60,426 bases of DNA from Patescibacteria group bacterium. Lineage in GTDB: Bacteria > Patescibacteriota > Patescibacteriia > Patescibacteriales > UBA12465. The stretch's first letter is position 1; every line of letters begins with the position of its first letter. The position numbers were made by a program, and so were the translations under genes. The stretch spans positions 1 to 60,426 of the forward strand of contig JAQVFY010000004.1 of assembly GCA_028696995.1 (NCBI GenBank). The letters run 5' to 3'. The notes beneath the pieces were generated by a model. It did not search any database and was not told the DNA's origin. It saw only the letters and a program-made list of their open reading frames with translations. Positions 53,464 through 60,426 of the stretch are shown here, piece by piece.

Positions 53464-56003
53464 TATCTTGTTATTACTAATTTATTATCTTTATTTTTAT
53501 AATACATCAACTTAACAATTTCAGAACAAATTAAATAAATAATAGCTACACCAAAGATCATCAATAAGTGCTTTCCGCTAGGAGCAATAAATTTAAACAA
53601 ATTCTGCCCCCAAGCTGTAAACGGAATTACAACAGTGATAATTACAGCAAACAACGATAAAGTAGTTACTAAGAAAGAAGGACGATAACCTTTAAAAATA
53701 GATTTTTTGGTTCTAATAGAAAATAAAAAGGCCAATTCAGTAATAATACTACCTATAAACCAATTAGTTTGCAAAACGGCTGGAGATATTTTATAGAACA
53801 TCGCAAAATACACAAAATCAAAAACAGAGCTAACTATTCCTAAAATTATAGCAATAATTATTATATCATTAACTTTATATTTCTTAGGAGAAAGCAATTC
53901 TTCCTTATCAACATTGTCGGTAGCGATTGCTATCATTGGAAAATCTGACAATAAATTTAATAATAAAATTTGTAAAGGAAGCATTGGTAAAAAATTAACC
54001 AATAAAGAAGCAACCGCTACGGCATAAAAATTTCCAAAATTAGAAGCTAAAGTAGCCTTGATATATTTACTACTATTAGCAAAAATCCGACGCCCCTCTT
54101 TTATCCCCTCAATAATAACATTCAAATCTCCTTCTAAAAGAACAATGTCGGCTGTTTCTCGAGCAATGTCAGAAGCATTTTGTACCACCAAGGAAACCCC
54201 CGCTATTTTTAAGGCCGGAGCATCATTAATACCATCCCCTAAATAACCAACATTAAAATTCTCTTGTAAAGATTTAATAATATCAAATTTTTGCTCGGGT
54301 AAAACACGAGCAAAAACATGATATTCATTTAAAACTTTCTTTTTCTCTTCTTTTGATAAGTTAATAAAATCTTTTCCTAAAAAAACTTTATCAGAACTAG
54401 ATATTAAACCAATTTGAGAAGCAACTGATCCGGCTACCTCAGGACTATCTCCAGTAATAATTTTTATACCAACATTTAAATCACGCGCCGATAAAACTGC
54501 TTGATTAACCGATTCTTTAACAGGATCAGCAAAAGAAATTAAACCTAAAAACTCTAAACCATTTTCTAGTCCAATCAAATTATTTTTTAAATCATCTAGG
54601 GCCATCTCTTTGATCTCTTTTTTAGCCACCGCCAAAACTCGACGACCTAATAATCCTTGATCTAAAATCCACTTTCTAATATCTTCCAAATCTTTAATTT
54701 TTAAATTAGAACATAAATCAAATAAAACCTCGGGAGCTCCCCTAACAACAAACTCCAGAGAACGCTCTCCCCTAAGTAAAACATTATTTCTTTGACGCCG
54801 AGGATCAAAAGGAGTATCAACTATAAATTCAAACTTAGTCAGATTATTTTTATCACTTTGATCTAGCTTATCAAATAAAGCAATATCAAAAGGTTCTCTT
54901 TTTTCGCTTAAACGAGCAACAGCCAAATTAGCATAAAGTAAAATGTCTTTTGCTGGAAACAAGGACTCATAAAAATCTAAAATAGTTAATTTATTTTCTG
55001 TTAAAGTTCCAGTTTTATCGGAGCATAAAATATCAATATTCCCTAAATCTTCCACCGAAGAAAGACGTTTAACTACTACATTTTTTTTAGCCAAGTTCAT
55101 AGCCCCCTTAGAAAAAGAAAAGGTCATAACTAAAGGCAGGGCTTCAGGGATAACTGAAATTGCCAAAGCGATAGAAAAAATAGTTAATTGCAAAAAATCT
55201 AAACCATCTTTAAAGACAGCATTAAAAACAAAAACAAAAATCAAAGTAATTAAAACTAATTTTAAAATAAAAGAGCTAAATTTACCGATTCCCTTTTCAA
55301 AATCACTTACCCGCTTAACTTGAGAAGTTAATTTAGTAACAGTGCCCAAAAAAGTATCTTTACCTACAGCAATAACAATAGCTCGGGCCCTTCCACTAAA
55401 AACTACTGTTCCAGAAAAACATAAATTAGAAGCTGAAAAACAATCAATATCTTCTTTTCTAACAATTTCGGCTTGTTTAGAAACCAAGATTGATTCGCCA
55501 GTTAAAATAGATTCATCAATATTTAAATCACTAGCTTCCAAAATCCTTAAATCCGCACTAATTTTATCACCGGTCTCCAAAACCACAATATCTCCTAATA
55601 CCAAATTCTCGCTATCAACCTCTTGCTCTATCCCGTCACGAATAACCTTGGTTTTTATTTTAATAAATTTCTTGAGTAATTTAACAGTATTTTCAGAGCG
55701 ATATTCCTGAAAAAAACCTAAAACGGTATTTATAATTATAAAAAGGAAAATCATTGCCCCCTCAACTTCTTGCCTAAAAACAAAAGATAAGAAAGAGGCT
55801 ACTAATAATAAATAAATAAAAGGAGACCTAAATTGCTTAAGAAAAATTTTCCACCATTTTAAATCTCTATCAGGGAGAATGTTTCCGCCATTAACACTTA
55901 AACGTTTTTCTGCTATAGAAGAATCTAAACCTTTTTCGATATCACTATTAAATTCTAAAACTACATCACGAATATCCTTTTTGGCTAAATTTAAAATCTT
56001 CAT
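53463..56003 (-). CDS. cation-transporting P-type ATPase (P2/P3-like; ion not assignable)
   Basis: The 846-aa product carries TGES, the phosphorylation motif CSDKTGTLT and the hinge GDGINDAPAL. It has 10-TM-like hydrophobic segments. Confidence 0.9.
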   Translation of the reverse strand: MKILNLAKKDIRDVVLEFNSDIEKGLDSSIAEKRLSVNGGNILPDRDLKWWKIFLKQFRSPFIYLLLVASFLSFVFRQEVEGAMIFLFIIINTVLGFFQEYRSENTVKLLKKFIKIKTKVIRDGIEQEVDSENLVLGDIVVLETGDKISADLRILEASDLNIDESILTGESILVSKQAEIVRKEDIDCFSASNLCFSGTVVFSGRARAIVIAVGKDTFLGTVTKLTSQVKRVSDFEKGIGKFSSFILKLVLITLIFVFVFNAVFKDGLDFLQLTIFSIALAISVIPEALPLVMTFSFSKGAMNLAKKNVVVKRLSSVEDLGNIDILCSDKTGTLTENKLTILDFYESLFPAKDILLYANLAVARLSEKREPFDIALFDKLDQSDKNNLTKFEFIVDTPFDPRRQRNNVLLRGERSLEFVVRGAPEVLFDLCSNLKIKDLEDIRKWILDQGLLGRRVLAVAKKEIKEMALDDLKNNLIGLENGLEFLGLISFADPVKESVNQAVLSARDLNVGIKIITGDSPEVAGSVASQIGLISSSDKVFLGKDFINLSKEEKKKVLNEYHVFARVLPEQKFDIIKSLQENFNVGYLGDGINDAPALKIAGVSLVVQNASDIARETADIVLLEGDLNVIIEGIKEGRRIFANSSKYIKATLASNFGNFYAVAVASLLVNFLPMLPLQILLLNLLSDFPMIAIATDNVDKEELLSPKKYKVNDIIIIAIILGIVSSVFDFVYFAMFYKISPAVLQTNWFIGSIITELAFLFSIRTKKSIFKGYRPSFLVTTLSLFAVIITVVIPFTAWGQNLFKFIAPSGKHLLMIFGVAIIYLICSEIVKLMYYKNKDNKLVITR

Positions 56004-56042
56004 ATAATTTGTCTAATTGATATTAATATAAGACAATTATAT

Positions 56043-56077
56043 AACAAAAATAAGGGCTTGTCCATCACTATAGCCCT
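56043..56077 (-). terminator. rho-independent terminator after the histidine kinase gene
   Basis: The minus strand reads AGGGCT-N13-AGCCCT followed by TATTTTTGTTAT. Confidence 0.6.
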
Positions 56078-56099
56078 ATTTAATTACTGCTAAACACTG

Positions 56100-57059
56100 T
56101 TATTTTGAAACTTTATTAGGCAGAATAATAGTGAATTTAGAACCCTGCCCCAAAACACTCTCGACCAAAATCTTTCCCGAAAACTCATCTTCAATAATCT
56201 TTTTAGCTAAAGACAAACCAATTCCACAATGTTCATTATTTAAATCGCTAAAATCCTTTTTTTTCAAAGAAAAAAAAGGATTAAAAATATTTTTTAAACT
56301 ATCAAAACTAATTCCTCGACCATTATCTTGAACCGAAATAAAAATATTATCACCACTAGTTTCTAAAACTAAAAATATTTTTCTTGAAAAACTATCATCA
56401 GAAAAAGACTCTACAGCATTACTTATCAAGTTAATTAATGCTTGACCAAACCTAATAGCATCACCAAAAATATTAACATTCTCTTTAATTTTTAAATCTA
56501 ATTCAATCTTATTTTTAATAAAACTAAAATTTAACATTAATAAAGATTTTTTAGTTTCTTCCGACAAAGAAAAAACCTCCCTAATTCCCTCTCTCCGACA
56601 TTGATGCTTAAAAGATTTAATTAAACTGTTAGCACGCTGATTAATACATTCGGCCTGCTCAATCAATTTCTTTAATTTCAAAGGATCTTCCAAATTATTA
56701 GAAACTTCATAAAGAACCAAATTTAATGCTGTTAAAATATTAGCCAAATCATGATATATTCCCAAAGAAATTTTACTAGCCTCTATTAAATTATAAGATT
56801 CGGTTATTTTAGAAAAATATTCCTCTTTTTGCCTGGCAAATTCTTCTCTTATAATTCTCTTTTTATTTTTATTATCAATTATTCTAGATAATAATTTAAA
56901 ATAAGAAAAATTAAGCACTAAAAATACCAATAAACAAGCAATTAATAAACAAGGACAATTACCAGAAGGAGAAAAATAACAAGCCAGCATAATTAAAGCA
57001 ATTAAAAAATTGACTGCAATTAACCCGAAGAAAAATTTAAAATTATAAGAGATGGACAT
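56100..57059 (-). CDS. membrane-bound sensor histidine kinase
   Basis: The 319-aa product has 2 N-terminal TM helices. It carries the H-box HDLANIL, the N-box LISNAVES, G1 DNGRGI and G2 GIGLSLAK. Confidence 0.8.
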   Translation of the reverse strand: MSISYNFKFFFGLIAVNFLIALIMLACYFSPSGNCPCLLIACLLVFLVLNFSYFKLLSRIIDNKNKKRIIREEFARQKEEYFSKITESYNLIEASKISLGIYHDLANILTALNLVLYEVSNNLEDPLKLKKLIEQAECINQRANSLIKSFKHQCRREGIREVFSLSEETKKSLLMLNFSFIKNKIELDLKIKENVNIFGDAIRFGQALINLISNAVESFSDDSFSRKIFLVLETSGDNIFISVQDNGRGISFDSLKNIFNPFFSLKKKDFSDLNNEHCGIGLSLAKKIIEDEFSGKILVESVLGQGSKFTIILPNKVSK

Positions 57060-57079
57060 AAATGATTTGACAAAAAAAA

Positions 57080-57146
57080 TAAAAATAATATAAAAATTAT
57101 TCTAAAATAATTTTAACACCCAATTAGTAAAAATAATATAAAAATT
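57080..57146. repeat. two perfect 19-bp direct repeats upstream of the histidine kinase gene
   Basis: TAAAAATAATATAAAAATT occurs at 57080-57098 and again at 57128-57146, a 48-bp period. A third partial copy, AATATAAAAAAT, starts near 57155. Confidence 0.6.
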
Positions 57147-57154
57147 TTATAAAT

Positions 57155-57190
57155 CTAATATAAAAAATGAGCAGTTTTATAACCGCCCAT
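57155..57190 (-). terminator. rho-independent terminator after the mtaB-like gene
   Basis: The minus-strand hairpin ATGGGCGG-N8-CTGCTCAT has 8 bp including 2 G-U pairs. It is followed by TTTTTTATATT. Confidence 0.55.
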
Positions 57191-57191
57191 T

Positions 57192-58550
57192 TCAAAGTTT
57201 ATAATTTACTATTTTACCAAGCATGCCCATGTTATCAATCTGCCTCCCTTCTTTATTATATTTATTAATAATTTTTTTTTCCGGAAGAAAAAGATCAAAA
57301 TAAAACTCAGTTTTCGCTCTAAGTTTATCACCAGAAAAACCTTCTATTAATAAATTAATATTTTCTTTATTTTTTTTATACTGAAATACAATTTCTTGTT
57401 GATATTTTTTTTCACTTTTTAAAGACAGAGAACGAAGTTTCACGGAGCGACTCTTAATGTCAAAGCTATCTACATGATTTGGTAAAAAATAAGCTGGAGT
57501 TTTTTCATGAGCCGAAAAAGAAAAAACATGAATCTTGGAAAATTTAATATTTTTAGAAAAATTATAAGTCTCCCGAAATTCCTTGACTCCCTCTCCCGGA
57601 AAACCCACAATAATATCAGTAGAAATAGCTATATTAGGAATTTTTTTTCTAATTTTATTAATTTTATTTAAAAAATATTTATTAGTATAAGGACGATTCA
57701 TTAATTGTAAGATTTTAGCGCTACCAGACTGTAAGGGAATATGGAGATGACGACACATTTTTCTATTTTTAAAAATCAACTCGATAAGATCATCACTTAT
57801 TTCTGTCACCTCAATAGAACTAAGTCGAACTCGACCAATATTTTTTATTTTTAAAATTTTTAACAATAAAGAATACAAATTTTCCTTTTTAAAGCTAAAA
57901 TCTTGACCATACAAACCTAAATGAATACCAGACAAAACAATTTCGGAAAAACCACTCTTAACGGCTAAAGTAATTTCTCGAACTATATCCGAAGAAGAAC
58001 GACTAAGCAAGGGACCACGCGCCAAAGGTATTATACAATAAGAACAAAATTGCCGACAACCATCCTGAACCTTTATAAAATAACGACTACGATCTTCAAT
58101 TGAATTAATTTTATTAGAACAATAAAAATTATCTTGTTTATTTTTATTTCTTTTATTATCTCGAAAAGATGATTTTAAATTCGGAAAAAATATTTTTTCA
58201 ATGCTTTTAGAAACTTTTTTTAAATCTCTCTCCTCTAATACTAAATCTACCTTTAAATCTGAAGAGATATTTTTAACTTGATAAACTTTAGGCCAGCAAC
58301 CAATTAAAACTATTTTAGACTTCGGATATTTTTTTTTATAATAATTAATTAAACGACGACTTTTAGAAATAGCAGTTTTAGTAACCGAACAAGAATTTAT
58401 TATTACTAAATCTAAATCCTTATTGTTTTTGGCTAAAATAAAATTGCCCGAAAGCAATAAATTTTTTAAAACAGCAGAATCATATTGATTAACTTTGCAT
58501 CCTAAAGTACTAATCTGGAAAATTATTCTATTTTTGCTTTTAATAGACAT
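57192..58550 (-). CDS. mtaB: radical-SAM methylthiotransferase, MtaB-like
   Basis: The 452-aa product has the N-terminal UPF0004 domain TLGCKVNQYDS and the radical SAM motif CRQFCSYC. MiaB or RimO cannot be fully excluded without alignment. Confidence 0.7.
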   Translation of the reverse strand: MSIKSKNRIIFQISTLGCKVNQYDSAVLKNLLLSGNFILAKNNKDLDLVIINSCSVTKTAISKSRRLINYYKKKYPKSKIVLIGCWPKVYQVKNISSDLKVDLVLEERDLKKVSKSIEKIFFPNLKSSFRDNKRNKNKQDNFYCSNKINSIEDRSRYFIKVQDGCRQFCSYCIIPLARGPLLSRSSSDIVREITLAVKSGFSEIVLSGIHLGLYGQDFSFKKENLYSLLLKILKIKNIGRVRLSSIEVTEISDDLIELIFKNRKMCRHLHIPLQSGSAKILQLMNRPYTNKYFLNKINKIRKKIPNIAISTDIIVGFPGEGVKEFRETYNFSKNIKFSKIHVFSFSAHEKTPAYFLPNHVDSFDIKSRSVKLRSLSLKSEKKYQQEIVFQYKKNKENINLLIEGFSGDKLRAKTEFYFDLFLPEKKIINKYNKEGRQIDNMGMLGKIVNYKL

Positions 58551-58557
58551 AATTATG

Positions 58558-58631
58558 AGCCGCCTGTCGGGTTCGAACCGACGACCTACTGTTTACAAGA
58601 CAGTCGCTCTGGCCAGCTGAGCTAAGGCGGC
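58558..58631 (-). tRNA. tRNA-Thr (anticodon UGU)
   Basis: I folded this cloverleaf by hand from GCCGCCT-TA-GCTC-AGCTGGCCA-GAGC-G-ACTGT-CTTGTAA-ACAGT-AGGTC-GTCGG-TTCGAAC-CCGAC-AGGCGGC-T. It is 74 nt and no CCA is encoded. Confidence 0.9.
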
Positions 58632-58643
58632 AGAAAGATATAG

Positions 58644-58716
58644 TGCGCCCAGCAGGATTCGAACCTGCGACCTTCTGCTTAAAAGGCAGCTGCTCTACCA
58701 ACTGAGCTATGAGCGC
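58644..58716 (-). tRNA. tRNA-Lys (anticodon UUU)
   Basis: I folded this cloverleaf by hand from GCGCTCA-TA-GCTC-AGTTGGTA-GAGC-A-GCTGC-CTTTTAA-GCAGA-AGGTC-GCAGG-TTCGAAT-CCTGC-TGGGCGC-A. It is 73 nt and no CCA is encoded. Confidence 0.9.
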
Positions 58717-58866
58717 AAAATATTATAAAAAATAAAATAAATTAGACATGGCAGTCTACTTAAACTAATTATAAATAAAAAATGAAAATAAATCAATAGT
58801 TTTTTAAAAAATAAAAAACTATGGATAAAAAGTGAATTAATAGTGGAAAAGCCCAAAACAAAATAC

Positions 58867-58895
58867 TTGAAAAATAAAAATAATTAAGATATCAT
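58867..58895 (+). promoter_or_regulatory. sigma70 promoter TTGAAA-17-TATCAT, with the -10 ending 6 nt from the dnaB ATG
   Basis: TTGAAA is at 58867-58872, the spacer is 17 nt and TATCAT is at 58890-58895. The ATG is at 58902. Confidence 0.55.
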
Positions 58896-58901
58896 ATAAC
58901 C

Positions 58902-60290
58902 ATGTCATCAGAAAACAAACAAAACAATATTGGTAAATTACCACCACAAAATATCGAAGCCGAACAATCAATCTTGGGTTGTTTATTATTAGATAAAGAA
59001 GCTGTTTACAAAGTTATGGACCTTATTAATGCTGAAGATTTCTATCAAAACAGTCATAAACACATTTTTGAGGCTATGGTTGAACTTTTTAACAACCAAG
59101 AACCTATCGATATTATCACTCTCTCTAATAAATTAGAAGAAAAGAAGTTAATACAAGAAATTGGCGGTCGTAGCTATCTAGCTCAATTATCTAACACCGT
59201 GGCCACATCAGCCAACACTGTCTATTATGCTAATTTAATTCAAAAAAAAGCAACTTTAAGGCGCCTACAAATTTCAGCTAGTGAAATAATGGATATGAGC
59301 TTTGAAGAAGAAAGAGAAATTGATGAAATCTTAGACCAAGCCGAAAAAAAAATCTTTGGAGTTTCCCGAAAGTATTTAAAAAATTCCTTCATCGGAATAG
59401 ATAATTTATTATCCGAAGCCTTTGAAAGAATTGACGAACTACATAAAAGAAGTGGGGGTCTACGCGGTCTTTCCACTGGATTCTATGATCTAGATAATTT
59501 ATTAGCTGGACTACAAAAATCAGATCTTATTATTCTAGCAGCTCGCCCTAGTGTTGGTAAAACCTCTTTAGCTATGGACATAGCCAGACAAACAGCTATA
59601 AAAAACAAAGTTGGAGTAGGAATTTTTTCTTTAGAAATGGGTAAAGAACAATTAGTTGATAGAATGTTGTGCGCCCAAGCTAACGTTAATTTATGGAAGA
59701 TGAGAACCGGCAACCTATCTGACAAAGATGAAGATAGTGATTTCTCTAAAATTGCTGAAGCCATGGGATTATTATCAGAAGCCCCTATTTATATAGACGA
59801 CTCCCCTAATGTTTCTGTTATGGAAATAAGAGCTAAAGCTCGTCGTCTACAATCAGAAAAAGATTTAGGTTTAGTAGTTATTGATTATTTACAATTAATG
59901 GAAGGACGTGGCAAACATAACGACAACCGCGTTCAGGAAATATCAGAAATAAGTAGAGGTTTAAAAGGTATCGCTAGGGAATTAAATATTCCAGTTCTAG
60001 CTCTGGCTCAATTATCTCGTGCTGCTGAACAACAAACTGGACCATCAGTCCCACGTTTATCACATTTAAGAGATTCGGGCTCTATCGAACAAGACGCTGA
60101 TGTTGTAATGTTTATTTACAGAAAAGCGGCCGACAGAGCTTTTAATGTCCAAGATCTTTCTATCGATGAAAGATATAAAGCTGAAATTTATATCGCCAAA
60201 CACCGTAACGGACCAACGGGAAAAGTTGACCTATTCTTTTCAGAAGAAACTGCTAGCTTTAAAAATATTAGCAAAACTCAAGATGAATAA
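58902..60290 (+). CDS. dnaB: replicative DNA helicase
   Basis: The 462-aa product carries LPPQNIEAEQSILG, Walker A ARPSVGKTS, Walker B VVIDYLQLM and SGSIEQDADVV. Confidence 0.92.
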   Translation: MSSENKQNNIGKLPPQNIEAEQSILGCLLLDKEAVYKVMDLINAEDFYQNSHKHIFEAMVELFNNQEPIDIITLSNKLEEKKLIQEIGGRSYLAQLSNTVATSANTVYYANLIQKKATLRRLQISASEIMDMSFEEEREIDEILDQAEKKIFGVSRKYLKNSFIGIDNLLSEAFERIDELHKRSGGLRGLSTGFYDLDNLLAGLQKSDLIILAARPSVGKTSLAMDIARQTAIKNKVGVGIFSLEMGKEQLVDRMLCAQANVNLWKMRTGNLSDKDEDSDFSKIAEAMGLLSEAPIYIDDSPNVSVMEIRAKARRLQSEKDLGLVVIDYLQLMEGRGKHNDNRVQEISEISRGLKGIARELNIPVLALAQLSRAAEQQTGPSVPRLSHLRDSGSIEQDADVVMFIYRKAADRAFNVQDLSIDERYKAEIYIAKHRNGPTGKVDLFFSEETASFKNISKTQDE

Positions 60291-60322
60291 TACTAATTAA
60301 ATAATAATTAATAAAAAAAATT

Positions 60323-60426
60323 ATGTTTGGAACATTAAAACAATTAAAAGATCTACGAAGTCAAGCCAAAACAATGCAAAGCGCCTTAGCCGAAGAAAAA
60401 ATTGATATAGAAAAAAATGGCATTAA
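60323..60426 (+). CDS. ybaB: YbaB/EbfC-family nucleoid-associated protein, N-terminal fragment (runs off the window end)
   Basis: Hand translation gives MFGTLKQLKDLRSQAKTMQSALAEEKIDIEKNGI. This matches the typical YbaB N-terminal helix pattern. Confidence 0.55.
   Translation, partial: MFGTLKQLKDLRSQAKTMQSALAEEKIDIEKNGI

Noticed and set aside
57067-57094. A plus-strand TTGACA-16-TATAAA promoter-like sequence, considered as a real promoter feature.
   Set aside because: No plus-strand gene lies downstream and it would only produce RNA antisense to the mtaB-like gene. In A/T-rich repeats such matches arise easily. It is kept only as a remark under the direct-repeat finding.
1-60426. Alternative genetic code with UGA recoded, as in some CPR lineages.
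   Set aside because: All conserved genes (ileS, dnaB, the P-type ATPase, the mur genes and others) translate at full expected length with the standard code. ileS ends at a TGA exactly where the protein family ends.
1-60426. CRISPR arrays, transposases, integrases, reverse transcriptase/DGR or prophage blocks.
   Set aside because: I saw no regularly spaced direct repeats and no ORFs with recombinase or RT motifs when reading the track and the intergenic regions.

Overview
The window is AT-rich DNA, with hand-counted 60-nt lines in typical regions at about 22-30% G+C. It is densely coded and mostly on the minus strand. The standard genetic code fits: all conserved genes read full length with TGA, TAA and TAG as stops. 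The gene content and small protein sizes resemble a reduced-genome, probably monoderm bacterium of the Patescibacteria/CPR type; this is an inference that I cannot verify here.

Recognisable content:
- alaS (partial) and an AbiEii/AbiEi type IV toxin-antitoxin pair.
- A mur/dcw block in transcription order mraY-ftsW-murG-murC-murB.
- A surface-glycan block with GT2, DUF2304, three GT4 genes, a large polytopic membrane protein and rmlABCD.
- hisS, rpmE, prfA and prmC.
- Two mreB paralogs plus mreC and mreD.
- A HlyD/MacB-type ABC module next to an orphan receiver protein.
- pfkB-family kinase, ruvA, a U32 peptidase, a NIF3-like protein, a truncated pyruvate kinase, htpX, lemA, type-2 ileS and rarA.
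- A P-type ATPase, a histidine kinase, an mtaB-like methylthiotransferase, tRNA-Lys(UUU), tRNA-Thr(UGU), dnaB and the start of ybaB.

No CRISPR array, transposase, integrase or reverse transcriptase was seen.

Most interesting observations:
1. Three discrete patches have about twice the local G+C (14.56-16.28 kb, 21.6-21.95 kb, 41.99-43.55 kb). They encode signal-peptide, lipoprotein or zinc-ribbon proteins of unknown function. Each is driven by a near-perfect TTGACA-17-TATAAT-type promoter and closed by a GC-rich terminator. Two of them share an almost identical promoter, leader-box and long-hairpin module 26 kb apart.
2. A 1005-aa fusion joins a cysteine desulfurase, an unassigned module and a SAM methyltransferase at the tail of the mur operon.
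3. A GC-rich palindromic element is inserted in frame in a membrane-protein gene, with a second copy in an intergenic region.
4. tRNA-Lys and tRNA-Thr sit 7 nt upstream of the mtaB-like gene.
5. Shine-Dalgarno sequences appear absent in general, and several promoters sit so close to the ATG that the mRNAs would be leaderless.
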